Below, in pieces: positions 41,472-52,699 of a stretch of 64,000 nucleotides of DNA. The stretch is from Clostridia bacterium. GTDB lineage: Bacteria > Bacillota > Clostridia > Christensenellales > Pumilibacteraceae. The translations under genes and the position numbers were made by a program. Position 1 is the stretch's first letter; every line of letters begins with the position of its first letter. Where the stretch lies: NCBI GenBank assembly GCA_900767465.1, contig CAAGAW010000009.1:67537-131536 (forward strand), written 5' to 3'. The notes under the pieces are model-generated. The model worked only from the letters and a program-made list of their open reading frames with translations, had not been told where the DNA came from and searched no databases.

Positions 41472-42158
41472 ATGACTATGGGTCTTATACTTCTGGGAAT
41501 AATAACGATTTCGCTGTTTTTTCCGTTCGGAAGACGAGCGTTCGGAGGAATGAGAATTACCGCGCCGTGGGCGTTTCTGATCGTCGCATGCTTCGCAGTG
41601 GGCGTTATCGTGCCGGTTGTCACGATCGGCTCGACGTTTACGATGAGCCTTTCCGGCTTTTTATTTCCCGCGCTCATTATGCTTGCGCTCGTTCCCGCGC
41701 TGATAATAAAAAGAGGAGCGGCTCGCGCTCTCGTCGCCGAACTCGCCGTAACCGCGGTAGTAACGCTGTTTTCCGTCGTCGTTCCGGTAACGACTATGGG
41801 GTGGCAGACGCTTTGGGCGATCGCGTGCGGAATCTCCGTAGGCGCGCTCGCGTTTCTTGTCGCCCGAACCCCGCTTCACGCCGTATACGCCGCGTCGGGA
41901 GGAATAGTTTCAGGCAATGTCGCATACGGTTTTATTAACTTTTATGCGTCCGGCGCACCCGTTTTTTCGCTCGGTCAGTCGTGGATTTATAACGCGTTTT
42001 TTATCGCGATTGCCGTCGTGCTTTCGGCGTGCGAACTTTCCGTGGCGTTATCCCACGCCGCCGCAAACGCCTCCGCAACCCGCCGCAGTCTGCGATTCGA
42101 AGCGGGCGAGGATCGCAATTTCGACGACGTTTCGGGCGAGGACGAAATTTTCAGATAA
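41472..42158 (+). CDS. hypothetical polytopic membrane protein
   Basis: Start taken at MTMGLILLG after a GGAGG RBS. Six hydrophobic segments. No family recognised. Confidence 0.45.
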   Translation: MTMGLILLGIITISLFFPFGRRAFGGMRITAPWAFLIVACFAVGVIVPVVTIGSTFTMSLSGFLFPALIMLALVPALIIKRGAARALVAELAVTAVVTLFSVVVPVTTMGWQTLWAIACGISVGALAFLVARTPLHAVYAASGGIVSGNVAYGFINFYASGAPVFSLGQSWIYNAFFIAIAVVLSACELSVALSHAAANASATRRSLRFEAGEDRNFDDVSGEDEIFR

Positions 42159-42437
42159 TCGCCTGTTTCGAACGGTTCGGGAAATAAAAACTACCCCGCG
42201 TTTTTCACGGCTTTTCCGTACGAATCGGAAGAGCCGTTTATTTGTCGTTCGTAAAGACGCCCCCGACTTTTTCGCTCGATTTCGATAACGCTTCGCGTTA
42301 TTTTGCGTCGAGGTTGCCTATTCGCTTGATATTTAGTCAAAAAAGTGGTACAATGTATATCTGTAACGGTGTAGGTGTGTCAAGCGACGCGCCGACCGTC
42401 TCTTTTGCAAAGAGGTAAAAGGAGAATAAAGAAGCGA

Positions 42438-43640
42438 ATGAAGATAAGTTTTTCCCCTCCGGATATATCCGAGCGCGAAATTGCCGAAGTTGTCGATACG
42501 TTAAAATCGGGTTGGATCACTACCGGACCGAAAACCAAACGGTTCGAGCGTGAAATTGCGGAGTATTGCAACGTAAACAAAGCCGTTTGCCTCAATTCGC
42601 AGACTGCCTGTGCGGAAATGGCTTTGCACGTACTCGGAATAGGCGAGGGCGACGAGGTTATAACGACCGCATATACATACACCGCTACCGCTGCCGTCGT
42701 TTGTCACGTTGGGGCAAAACTCGTACTCGTCGACACGCAAACTGACAGCCTCGAACCGGACTACGACGCGATAGAAAAAGCAATCAACGAGCGAACCAAA
42801 GCGATAATTCCCGTCGATCTCGGCGGCGTTCCGTGCGACTACGACAGAATTTTCGATATCGTAAACGCCAAAAAATCGTTATTCCGTCCCGCAAACCGTA
42901 TTCAGGAAGCAATCGGCAGAGTTGTCGTGCTTGCCGATACGGCGCACGCGTTCGGAGCGGTTTATAAAGACAAAAAAGTCGGCAGTATTGCGGATTTTTC
43001 GGCGTTTTCTTTTCACGCCGTCAAAAACCTTACCACGGCAGAAGGCGGCGCTCTTACGTGGCGCACGATCAACGGAATCGACGACGAAGAAATTTACAAA
43101 ACCGTTCAACTTCTTTCGCTCCACGGACAAAACAAGGACGCGCTTGCAAAAACGAAATTCGGTGCATGGGAATATGACGTCGTCGCACCTTGGTATAAAT
43201 GCAATATGACCGACATAATGGCGGCGCTCGGACTCGCTCAACTTTCGCGTTACGACGGAATGCTCGCACGCAGAAAAACAATAATAGAGCGTTACGATTC
43301 GGCGTTAAAGCCTCTCGGCGTAAAGGTTTTACCGCATTTTACCGGCGATCATAAGTCGTCGTGTCATCTGTATATCACCGAAATCCCGAACGTTACGTAC
43401 GAGCAGCGCGGCGAAATAATCAATCGGATGGCAGAACGCGAAATCGCTTGTAACGTTCATTACAAACCGCTTCCGCTGCTTACGGCTTATAAGAACCTCG
43501 GTTTCGATATTAAGGATTATCCGAACGCGTACGATCACTTCGCGCACGAAATCACGTTGCCGTTACATACTTGCCTTACCGACGAAGAAGCGGATTACGT
43601 AATAAGCAATTTTGCCGGAATTTTGCGGGAGTATCTTTAA
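42438..43640 (+). CDS. DegT/DnrJ/EryC1/StrS family PLP-dependent sugar aminotransferase
   Basis: ISEREIAEVVDTLKSGWITTGPKTKRFEREIAEY N-terminus and a conserved Lys region (SFHAVKNLT) typical of the family. Confidence 0.8.
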   Translation: MKISFSPPDISEREIAEVVDTLKSGWITTGPKTKRFEREIAEYCNVNKAVCLNSQTACAEMALHVLGIGEGDEVITTAYTYTATAAVVCHVGAKLVLVDTQTDSLEPDYDAIEKAINERTKAIIPVDLGGVPCDYDRIFDIVNAKKSLFRPANRIQEAIGRVVVLADTAHAFGAVYKDKKVGSIADFSAFSFHAVKNLTTAEGGALTWRTINGIDDEEIYKTVQLLSLHGQNKDALAKTKFGAWEYDVVAPWYKCNMTDIMAALGLAQLSRYDGMLARRKTIIERYDSALKPLGVKVLPHFTGDHKSSCHLYITEIPNVTYEQRGEIINRMAEREIACNVHYKPLPLLTAYKNLGFDIKDYPNAYDHFAHEITLPLHTCLTDEEADYVISNFAGILREYL

Positions 43641-44524
43641 TGCTGATTCGCAAATGGGAAAAACTGCCCGCCGACATGCAGACGGCACAGGTGCGAAAAT
43701 ACTACGAAATCCTGCGAAAAAAGAACGTTTCGCTGTTTTTCAAGCGGGTATTCGACGTGGTTGTTTCCGCAATTATGCTTGTAATTCTGTCGCCGCTGTT
43801 TCTGATTCTGGCGATCGCAATAAAAATCGACAGCCGCGGTCCGGTATTCTATCGTCAGGAACGCGTCACGCAGTACGGAAAACGTTTCCGGATTTTCAAG
43901 TTCCGCTCGATGGTCGAAAACGCAGACAAAGGCTCGCAGGTTACCGTCGATCACGACTTGCGGATCACGAGAGTGGGAAAACTTATTCGTAAATGCCGCC
44001 TCGACGAAATCAGCCAACTTATAGACGTGTTCCGGGGTACGATGACTTTCGTCGGTACCCGTCCCGAAGTTCCGAAATACGTCGAACGGTACACGCCCGA
44101 AATGAAAGCGACTTTGCTTTTGCCCGCAGGCGTTACCAGCCTTGCAAGCATCTATTACAAGGACGAAGCCGAACTTCTCGACGGCGCGGAAGATACCGAC
44201 AAAGTTTACGTCGACAAAATATTGCCCGCAAAAATGTATTATAACCTTAAAGCGATCGAACGATTCGGTTTCCGGCGGGATATAAAAACCATGTTCATGA
44301 CGGTTTTCGCCGTCCTCGGAAAGGAATATAACGGCGACTACGTCCCGCCCGAAGAAACCGCGGAAGGAGTTATTTCCGCGCCGACCGAAAGCGATCGAAC
44401 GACGGAACCCCCGTCCGCAGAATCGCCCGAAAGCGCGCAAAACGCCGATACGGTCACGGAAAATCGCGACGCCGAGGAATCCCCCGATTTCGTCGCAAAC
44501 CACCAAGAAAATGATCCGGAGTAG
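43640..44524 (+). CDS. undecaprenyl-phosphate sugar phosphotransferase (PglC/WbaP-type initiating transferase) with acidic Ser/Glu/Pro-rich C-terminal tail
   Basis: One TM helix, then the KIDSRGPVFYRQERVTQYGKRFRIFKFRSM and LDEISQLIDVFRGTMTFVGTRPE bacterial sugar transferase motifs. TAATG overlap with the upstream gene. Confidence 0.8.
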   Translation: MLIRKWEKLPADMQTAQVRKYYEILRKKNVSLFFKRVFDVVVSAIMLVILSPLFLILAIAIKIDSRGPVFYRQERVTQYGKRFRIFKFRSMVENADKGSQVTVDHDLRITRVGKLIRKCRLDEISQLIDVFRGTMTFVGTRPEVPKYVERYTPEMKATLLLPAGVTSLASIYYKDEAELLDGAEDTDKVYVDKILPAKMYYNLKAIERFGFRRDIKTMFMTVFAVLGKEYNGDYVPPEETAEGVISAPTESDRTTEPPSAESPESAQNADTVTENRDAEESPDFVANHQENDPE

Positions 44525-44526
44525 GT

Positions 44527-45341
44527 ATGGAATTTTCGGTACTGATGTCAATTTATTATAAAGAAAATCCCGACTATCTCCGTCAGTGTCTCGATAGTCT
44601 TGTCTCGCAGACCGTAATGCCGACCGAAATCGTTATAGTGAAAGACGGTCCGCTTACGGACGGTCTCGAAAGCGTTTTTTCGGAATACGTTGCGAAAAAC
44701 GAAGGATTATATAAGTTTGTTCCTCTCGAAACCAATCACGGACTCGGCTTTGCGCTTGCCGAAGGAGTTAAGAACTGTTCTTACGAACTTATCGCGAGAA
44801 TGGATACCGACGATATTTCGAGAAAAGACAGATTTGAGATCCAGTTGAAAGAGTTTGCGTCCGATCCCGATCTCGATATATGCGGGAGCCGCATCGAGGA
44901 GTTCGAGGGCGACGTTACGAATATCGTAGCAAAAAGAACCGTTCCGCTCGAAGACGCGGCAATAAAAAAGTATCAGAAAAAAGAGACGGCTTCAATCATA
45001 TGACGGTTATGTTTAAAAAGTCCGCAGTACTGAAAGCTGGAAACTATCAGTCTTGCCTCCTTATGGAAGACACCCTTTTATGGGCGAACATGTTTATGAC
45101 CGGGGCAAAAGGGAAAAACGTTGACGACAGTCTCGTTTTCGTACGGATCGGAAAGGATATGTACGAACGCCGCGGCGGATTCGCTTACTATAAAAAATAT
45201 AAAGCGGGTCGTAAACGTGTCCGGCAAACCGGTTTTATCGGGTTTTGGGATTATCACACGTCGCTTGTCGTTCAGTTCATCGTTGCTATGATGCCGAACA
45301 AACTGCGCGGCTGGGTTTTTAAAAAGGTGTTACATAGGTAG
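44527..45341 (+). pseudogene. family 2 glycosyltransferase, frameshifted in an A6 tract (pieces 44527-45003 and 44880-45341)
   Basis: The N-terminal piece has VLMSIYYKENPDYLRQCLDSLVSQT...ARMDTDDIS GT2 motifs. The second frame continues ...RDGFNHMTVMFKKSAV. Seven A at 44977-44982 instead of six would give the contiguous ...YQKKRDGFNHM... Confidence 0.6.
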
Positions 45342-45394
45342 AGTTGTAAATGTTTGGTTGTATTCCCAAAACAAGTAAATCGAATCATTGAAAG

Positions 45395-46596
45395 GTGTGT
45401 ATAATGAATACAAAAATGTCTCGAATTCAATATGTCAGATTTAACGACATAATTGCATGTTGCGTTTTTTTACTTGTTTTACCGATTGCTTTGATTGCAA
45501 AAATATTTGTTCATGATTTTTGGCTTATCGGGGAGGAGAAAAATGAGGCTCGCGATAACGGGTATTGGTTTTTTAAATATGTTCGTGAAAATTACCCGAG
45601 ACAAAAAGTTGCTTACGTTATAAACAAAAAATGCTCGGATTATGAAAGAGTTAAAAATTTAGGTAAGGTTATTCAATGGGGAAGTTTCTCGCATTGGTTT
45701 TGGTATTTGACAGCAAAAAAAATATAAGTTCTCAAAAGGGGTGTAAACCCAATGCCGCTGCATGTTATCTATTTGAGGTGAAATTACGCTTATGGCGTAA
45801 CAAACGATACTTCCTACAACATGGGGTGATAATGAATGATTTGGAATGGCTGTATTACGATAAGTGTTATTTTAAACTTTTTTGCGTAAGCGCGAAGCCT
45901 GATTGTGATTATGTGTCGTCTATGTTTGGGTACCCAAAGGGAATAGTTGAATGTACGGGACTTGCTCGTTTTGACGAGTTGCATAAGCAACACGAGATAA
46001 AAAGACAAGTATTGGTAATTCCGACATGGAGAGAATATTTGGTCAGACCGCACGGAACTGTCGGAGAATCTGAATTAAGAAAAGAATTTCCGCAGTCGTT
46101 GTATTTCAACAAATGGGCTGAGTTACTTTGTGACGAAAGACTCGGAAATATTTTGAAATCCAGCGGGTATACGCTTTTGTTTTATCCTCATCGGAATATG
46201 CAAAAATATTTAGACTTTTTTTACAAATTGAATTTGGCGCAATGTGTCACAATTGCCGATCCGACGGTTTTGTCAGTGCAAGAAGCGTTAATTCAGTCAA
46301 AATGTATGGCTACGGACTATTCTAGCGTATTTTTCGATTTTGCTTATATGAAGAAACCGGTAGTTTTCTTTCAGTTTGATGAAAAAGAATTCAGAAGCGG
46401 ACAGTATAAGCAAGGCTATTTTGATTACCATTGCAATTCTATAGGGGAGTGGTGTTGTACCACGGAGGATTGTTTGACTTTGATGAAAAAACAATTAACG
46501 AATGATTGCCCGGAAAACGATAGAATTTCTGACTTTTTCGAGATGTACGACAATAAAAACTGTGAAAGAATATACAATGCGGTTTTAAACCATTGA
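45395..46596 (+). pseudogene. CDP-glycerol glycerophosphotransferase (TagF/TagB-like), frameshifted in an A8 tract (pieces 45395-45727 and 45676-46596)
   Basis: The upstream frame ends ...GSFSHWFWYLTAKKI*. The downstream frame continues KKNISSQKG...YFLQHGV, matching the family's ISSH and QxWHG motifs. Nine A at 45715-45722 would fuse them. Confidence 0.55.
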
Positions 46597-46605
46597 GAGG
46601 TAAAT

Positions 46606-47684
46606 GTGAAAAGAATTCTACACGTTGTATCAACATTAGCACAAGGCGGAACCGAATCCGTTGTGCTGAATTATTTTTCAAATATGAATAAAGAGGAAAT
46701 CATATTTGATTTTCTCGTTATTTGGGGTAACAGTAAAAAAGAATATGATGATGTTCTTAAGTCCCAAGGGTGCAGAATATATAGAATGAAAAACCCGCCG
46801 AATCGTTTTTGTGAGCATGGCAAAGAACTGAAAAAGTTTTTTGACGGCAACGAATACGATATCGTACACATACATGCAATGTCTTCTTTGCGTTATCGTG
46901 TAGCGAAGATCGCAAAAAAGAGTGGTGTAAAAACCGTAATATACCATTCCCATATATCATCTTGTGATAAAAACAAATTATTACACAGTTTGTGCAAAAG
47001 GATATTAAATAAGTGGTGTGACTATAGATTTGCTTGCTCCGAAGTAGCCGGTAAATTTATGTATAACAGTAATTTTACGATTATAAGGAATGCTATAGAC
47101 TTAGAACGCTATGCTTTCGATAATAAAAAGCGCAAAGCATTGCGTGAAAGATACGGATTACAGGATAAATTTGTTGTCGGTAACATCGGGCGATGACTAC
47201 GGTAAAAAACCAAAAGTTTTTATTTCCCATATTACATTTACTCGCCAGAAAAGAAGACGCCATCTTGTTTCTTATTGGAGACGGTAGCGAGATTGATACG
47301 CTTAAAGAGACAGCGAGACAGTACGAGGTAACTGACCGCGTGATATTTGCCGGTAATGTCGGAACGGAAGTTTGTCAATACTATAGTATTTTCGGCTGCT
47401 TGGCTTTTCCTTCTCGATTTGAAGGTCTTAGTATGGTTTTAGTGGAGGCACAGGCGAATGGTTTGCCGATCATAGCGTCGGATTTGCTGTCCGATGAACA
47501 TAAAATATCTAACAATTTTACTTTTTTGCCTATAACGGAATCTGACGAAAATTATTTTGTGTGGGCAAAATCGATTATCGGGTGCAAGAATGGACGTTGT
47601 GATAATATGCATGTTTTGGAAAAAGCTGGTTACGACATAAAGACTGAAGCGAAGAAATTGCAAGAATTTTATTTGAGTTTATGA
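46606..47684 (+). pseudogene. family 4 (GT-B) glycosyltransferase, frameshifted near 47188-47195 (pieces 46606-47196 and 47193-47684)
   Basis: The first piece ends ...FVVGNIGR*. The second begins MTTVKNQKFLF...FLIGDGSE...FPSRFEGLSMVLVEAQANGLPIIASD, the GT4 EX7E region. A single-base insertion in gggcgatg would give the canonical contiguous VGNIGRMTTVKNQ. Confidence 0.6.
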
Positions 47685-48927
47685 AAACTATAAAGAGACA
47701 AAATAAAATAGACTTACTAACATTTAATTGCGCGTTGTTTTTGCTATTTTTATCTTTTTTTGAAGAATCAACTTTATGGAAGTTTTCTTACATTGGGTTG
47801 GTTGCGGTTTTTTTATTTCCGATTGTCCTTTTTGTCGGTATGCAGTTTAATTGCATAACTTTAGATTCGCACGATAAACAAATAGTATTAGGTTTCTGTA
47901 TTTTTGCTCTGATACAGGGTTTAGGTATTAGTTTTTCTTCTATTTATAAAAGTCTAACGCCGATATATCGCACAATTTCAGTTGTCTTAACTATTGTATA
48001 TATTAGACATGTTATTTGGACGGATGAGAAATTCCGAGCGTTGGATTTTTTGTCTTTTTTTGTTATACTGTTTGGGTTCATTTCATTTTTATTACCGCAA
48101 CAAGAAGATACTAATCCATTTTTTGGAAATTTGAATACTGTCGGAGCGCTGTGTTTTTCTTTTTTTGCTTTAAATTATATTCAATTTTTGAAAACGCATA
48201 AGTATATCAAATTATTGTATTCGGGTTTGAGTATGTTGTTGGTGATCATAAGTAATACGAGGACAGCAATGTTTTTGATTTTGCTTGCAATCGTTCTATG
48301 TGTGGCAATCAAGTGTTTTATCGGCAAAAATATAAAACCGTTAGCATTTTTCGTTCTTTCAATTGGTATCATTGTTCTTTTTATTGTGTTTTACTACAAT
48401 GTAAAAAGTAAACAACTTTATTCATTATTAAATAGTATATCCAAAGCTATATTCCATAAAAATTTTGATTCCGGAAGACCCGACTTGTGGAAATCGGCAG
48501 TGGATGTAGTTGGAGATATGTGGATTATGGGTAGAGGAACGTTTGTTGAGTTGTCTGATTTTGTCGTGGGAAAAAAACATCGCATAGCGTTTATTTTGAT
48601 ATTTATTTAAAAAACGGCATATTGGGTCTTGTTTTTTATATTATCGCGATAATAAATGTATTGAAATCAAAGAAAACATGGAAATACAATAAATTAAATG
48701 TATTTATAATGATTATCGCTTCCATATTATTGCTGTATAATGCTATGGCTGTTACGCTTATTAAACCAAGATCCGGTATTGGATTGATCCATTGGATACT
48801 AATTGCTCTGCCATATAATAATATCCAAACTGCAGAAGAAAATAACAAGTATCGTTGTGCGGACAAGGTTCAGACTGTGGAAAATGTAAAAGCAGATGTC
48901 GGAACGTCGACAAGCGTAAGATGGTAA
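47681..48927 (+). pseudogene. O-antigen polymerase/ligase-like (Wzy_C) polytopic membrane protein, frameshifted in an A7 tract (pieces 47681-48610 and 48622-48927)
   Basis: 10 or more TM helices with NTRTAMFLILLAI (Wzy_C). After the A7 tract at 48571-48577 the -1 frame reads KKTSHSVYFDIYLKNGILGLVFYIIAI, the conserved HN.Y...GiiGl end of Wzy proteins. Eight A would restore a single ORF. Confidence 0.55.
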
Positions 48928-48967
48928 ACTCTGCGTATTGTATTAAATTGATAAGGTCAACATTCTT

Positions 48968-49999
48968 ATGATATACGTATCTGAACAAATAACAAATAAT
49001 AAGCACGCGGGGAGTAAGGCTCGCAACGATGTCGAAGCGATTTTAGCGCAGGTCGTCGGGAATAAACTTGGTTACGTCTGCGACAATAAAGGCGGAGGTT
49101 CGTTATTTACTAAAGTAAAACGGGCGTTGAGGTTGCGTCGACAGGGAAAGATAATCAGTCGATTAAAAAACGAAACGATATTTATTCAATATCCGGTAGA
49201 CAGGAGAAAAATCGTCGGACTTTTTGAGTCGATTATAAAAGCATCAAAGCGTAATAAGACGGTTCTCATAATTCACGACGTCGAATTTATAAGGGAAAAA
49301 CTTGTCGGGAAGGCAAAGGATCGCGAAGTCAGGTTGTTTGATTCGGCAACCGTTCTTATATGTCATAATCGGGCAATGATCGAAGAGTTACAACGTAGCG
49401 GCGTAACTCACCCTCATTTTGTGAATCTCGGTATTTTCGATTATCTGACCGACGGAATCCCTGCAAACGAGCATAGTTTCGATAAGAGCGTCGTTTATGC
49501 CGGAAACCTCGCAAAAGCACCGTTTTTAACCGAATTAAACGCGTTTGACCTTGGTTGGGATTTTGTTTTATACGGCATCAATTGTCCACAAACAACGAAT
49601 CCGGCGATTAAATACAACGGAGCGTTGTCTCCGGAAGACCTTGTAGGGAATCTGACTCAATCGTTCGGGCTTATATGGGACAGCGAAACGGTTGACGGGT
49701 GTACCGGTAAAATCGGCGAATATACTCGTTATAATAACCCGCATAAACTTTCTTTATATCTCGTTTCGGGGATGCCCGTAATAGTATGGTCGCAGGCTGC
49801 CGTTGCCGATTTTGTAGAGAAAGAAAAAGTCGGTTTCGTAATCGATTCGCTCCGCGATATAGCCGCAAAACTTGATAATCTGACGGAAGAAGAGTACGAA
49901 GAATATCGCAGAAATGCAGATCGCTTAAAGCAAAAACTTTATTGCGGCGAGTTTATGAAAGCGGCAATCGTACGAGCGATTGAATTATGTAAAGGGTAA
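48968..49999 (+). CDS. beta-1,6-galactofuranosyltransferase (WbbI-like)
   Basis: Block-by-block similarity to E. coli WbbI as recalled from memory (GSKARNDVEAI, IHDVEFIRE, ICHNRAMIEEL, VVYAGNL, FGLIWDSETVDGCTGKIGEYTRYNNPHKLSLYL..PVIVW..AAVADFV). Sits directly upstream of glf. Confidence 0.65.
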   Translation: MIYVSEQITNNKHAGSKARNDVEAILAQVVGNKLGYVCDNKGGGSLFTKVKRALRLRRQGKIISRLKNETIFIQYPVDRRKIVGLFESIIKASKRNKTVLIIHDVEFIREKLVGKAKDREVRLFDSATVLICHNRAMIEELQRSGVTHPHFVNLGIFDYLTDGIPANEHSFDKSVVYAGNLAKAPFLTELNAFDLGWDFVLYGINCPQTTNPAIKYNGALSPEDLVGNLTQSFGLIWDSETVDGCTGKIGEYTRYNNPHKLSLYLVSGMPVIVWSQAAVADFVEKEKVGFVIDSLRDIAAKLDNLTEEEYEEYRRNADRLKQKLYCGEFMKAAIVRAIELCKG

Positions 50000-50004
50000 A
50001 ACTT

Positions 50005-51105
50005 ATGAAATACGATTATCTTATAGTCGGGAGCGGGTTGTTCGGGGCGGTATGCGCGCACGAACTCAAATCCGCCGGTAAGCGGGTGCTTGTCGTGGAT
50101 CGGAGAGATCATATCGGCGGCAACGTTTACACCGAAAAAATCGAAGGCATAAACGTGCATAAATACGGCGCGCACATTTTCCATACGTCGGACAAGCGCG
50201 TGTGGGATTACGTCAACCGTTTTGCCGAATTCAACAATTACGTCAATTCGCCGATCGCAATTTACAAGGACGAACTCTACAATCTGCCGTTCAATATGAA
50301 CACGTTTTCCAAATTGTGGGGCGTAAAAACTCCGGCGGAGGCGGCTGCGAAAATCGAAGAAGAAAAGGCGAATTTCCATATCGCCGAGCCGAAAAACCTC
50401 GAAGAGCAAGCGATAAATCTTGTCGGCAAAACGATTTACGAAAAACTCATCGAGGGTTATACGGCAAAACAGTGGGGCAGACGGTGCGTGGATCTTCCGG
50501 CGTTTATTATTCGTCGCTTGCCTGTAAGAATGACGTTCGACAACAATTATTTCAACGACCGCTATCAGGGAATCCCGATCGGCGGGTACACTCCGATAAT
50601 CGAAAAAATGCTGGACGGCGTCGACGTAAAACTCGGTTGCGATTACCTTGCAAGCAAGGAAGAGTTGAATCGTCTCGCAGATAAAATAATTTATACGGGA
50701 GCGATCGACGAATATTACGGCTATCGTTTCGGAGAACTCGAATATCGTTCCGTGCGGTTTGAAACCGAGGTTCTCGACGAAGTCAATCATCAGGGCAACG
50801 CCGTCGTAAATTATACCGAATACGAAATTCCGTATACCCGCATAATCGAGCATAAACACTTTGAGTTCGACGTTATATCGCCTAAAACCGTCGTATCGAA
50901 AGAATACCCCGTAACGTGGAAACGCGGCGACGAACCGTATTATCCCGTAAACGACGAATGCAACGCGGTTTTGTACGCAAAGTACAAATCGCTCGCCGAA
51001 GCCGAAACCAACGTCATGTTCGGCGGAAGACTCGGTACGTACAAGTATTTCGATATGGACGACGTTATCGCGGCTGCCCTTGACGCGGCGGACACGCTCA
51101 GATAA
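50005..51105 (+). CDS. glf: UDP-galactopyranose mutase
   Basis: YDYLIVGSGLFGAVCA FAD motif, HIGGNVYT, HKYGAHIFHT and full-length Glf-like sequence. Confidence 0.9.
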   Translation: MKYDYLIVGSGLFGAVCAHELKSAGKRVLVVDRRDHIGGNVYTEKIEGINVHKYGAHIFHTSDKRVWDYVNRFAEFNNYVNSPIAIYKDELYNLPFNMNTFSKLWGVKTPAEAAAKIEEEKANFHIAEPKNLEEQAINLVGKTIYEKLIEGYTAKQWGRRCVDLPAFIIRRLPVRMTFDNNYFNDRYQGIPIGGYTPIIEKMLDGVDVKLGCDYLASKEELNRLADKIIYTGAIDEYYGYRFGELEYRSVRFETEVLDEVNHQGNAVVNYTEYEIPYTRIIEHKHFEFDVISPKTVVSKEYPVTWKRGDEPYYPVNDECNAVLYAKYKSLAEAETNVMFGGRLGTYKYFDMDDVIAAALDAADTLR

Positions 51106-52590
51106 ATGAAAGAAAAGAGTATAAAACGCAATTACGTATACAACGTGGTATATCAGGTGCTTGCAATTATAGTGCCTATTATAACCATGCCTTACGTGTC
51201 GCGCGTTCTTAACGCCGAAGGGATCGGGCTGTACAGTTACGGCTCGTCCATCGCGTCGTACTTCGTGCTTGCGGCAACGCTCGGAACGACCGTATTCGGA
51301 CAACGCGCGATAAGTTACGTTCAGGGCGACATTGAGGCGAGAAGCCGCGCGTTCTGGGAACTTTTTATCTTCCGTCTGATTTCTACTGCGATCGCGCTCG
51401 CGGCTTACGCGGCGGTGTTTTTCGCGTTCCTTAAAGATAACGGAACTATGTATCTTATTCTCGCGCTCAACGTAGTCAACGTCGCGACCGATATATCGTG
51501 GTTTTTTCAGGGTATCGAAGAATTCGGAAAAATAGTGATACGTAACGTCGTTTTTCGTATCCTTAACCTCGCGGCAATCTTTATTTTTATTAAAACCGCG
51601 ACCGATCTTTACAAGTACGTTCTTATAGTCGTAGGATTTACCACGGCGAGCAACCTTTCGCTTTGGTTTATGATGAAAGGCAACGTTTGCCGGGTCAAAG
51701 GAATAAAACCGTTCCGCGACGTAAAGGAAATTCTGCAATTTTTTATACCTACGGTCGCGACTCAGATCTATACCGTCCTCGACAAATCGATGATCGGTTG
51801 GTTTACCGGTTCGGACGCCGAAAACGGTTATTACGAGCAGGCGGAAAGAATAGTAAAAACGACGCTTACCGTCGTTACCGCGCTCGGAACGGTTATGATA
51901 CCGCGTGTATCCAAATACTTCAAAGAGGGTAAAACCGACCTTATGCGCGAGTATCTGTATAAATCGTATCGTTTTACGTTTTTGCTTGCCGTGCCTATCG
52001 CGTTCGGGTTGCTCTCTACCGCAAGCACGCTTGTTCCCGTTTTTCTCGGCGACGGCTACGAACCGTGCGTTTTGTTGATTCAGGTTTTCAGCGCGCTCGT
52101 TATCCTTATAGGATTAAGCAACGCGAACAATCTTCAACTTTTCGTGCCTACGGGCAGGCAGAATCTGCTTACCGTAACGGTTACCGTCGGAGCGGTCGTT
52201 AACGCCGTGCTCAACGTAATTCTTATACCGAGATTCGCCGCAACCGGAGCGTGCGTTGCGTCCGTTATAGCCGAAGGAGTCGTAACGCTTCTCGGATTTG
52301 TCTTTATCATAAAAGCCAAAGATCTTGCCGTCGGAAAAATCTTCCTCTCGTCGTGGAAGTACTGGGTCGCGGGAGCGGCGATGTGTGCGGCGGTATACGC
52401 AGTCAAATCCGTCATGCCGATTGCCGTGTGGGCTTTGGCGACGCTGATAGTTTTCGGCGCGGTTGCGTATTTCCTGATACTTCTTATCCTTCGTGACGAA
52501 CTATTGATAGGTTCGATAAAAGCCGTTTTGTTCCGTCTGAAAAAGAAGCCCGCCGAAGTCCCTGCCGACGAAAACGCAGATAATAATTAA
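51106..52590 (+). CDS. wzx: oligosaccharide flippase (Wzx, MOP superfamily)
   Basis: 494 aa with 12 or more TM helices. N-terminus YNVVYQVLAIIVPIITMPYVSRVL is typical of Wzx/PST. ATG overlaps the glf stop. Confidence 0.75.
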   Translation: MKEKSIKRNYVYNVVYQVLAIIVPIITMPYVSRVLNAEGIGLYSYGSSIASYFVLAATLGTTVFGQRAISYVQGDIEARSRAFWELFIFRLISTAIALAAYAAVFFAFLKDNGTMYLILALNVVNVATDISWFFQGIEEFGKIVIRNVVFRILNLAAIFIFIKTATDLYKYVLIVVGFTTASNLSLWFMMKGNVCRVKGIKPFRDVKEILQFFIPTVATQIYTVLDKSMIGWFTGSDAENGYYEQAERIVKTTLTVVTALGTVMIPRVSKYFKEGKTDLMREYLYKSYRFTFLLAVPIAFGLLSTASTLVPVFLGDGYEPCVLLIQVFSALVILIGLSNANNLQLFVPTGRQNLLTVTVTVGAVVNAVLNVILIPRFAATGACVASVIAEGVVTLLGFVFIIKAKDLAVGKIFLSSWKYWVAGAAMCAAVYAVKSVMPIAVWALATLIVFGAVAYFLILLILRDELLIGSIKAVLFRLKKKPAEVPADENADNN

Positions 52591-52660
52591 ACGTGTAGTT
52601 ACGTGTTTCGCGTATATATTTATTATGACAAAAGAAATTTCCGTCGAACGGTGAAAATCA

Positions 52661-52689
52661 TTGACAAAACGAGCAAAAAATAGTACACT
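52661..52689 (+). promoter_or_regulatory. promoter TTGACA-17-TACACT for tRNA-Leu
   Basis: Hexamers with a 17-nt spacer ending about 10 nt before the tRNA 5' end. Confidence 0.45.
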
Positions 52690-52699
52690 ATAAAGGCTT

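Noticed and set aside
44527-48927. Treating the eight ORF fragments in the glycan core as eight separate small genes
   Set aside because: Each pair reconstitutes one canonical family member (GT2, TagF-like, GT4, Wzy) across a single-base frame change, so they are reported as four frameshifted genes.
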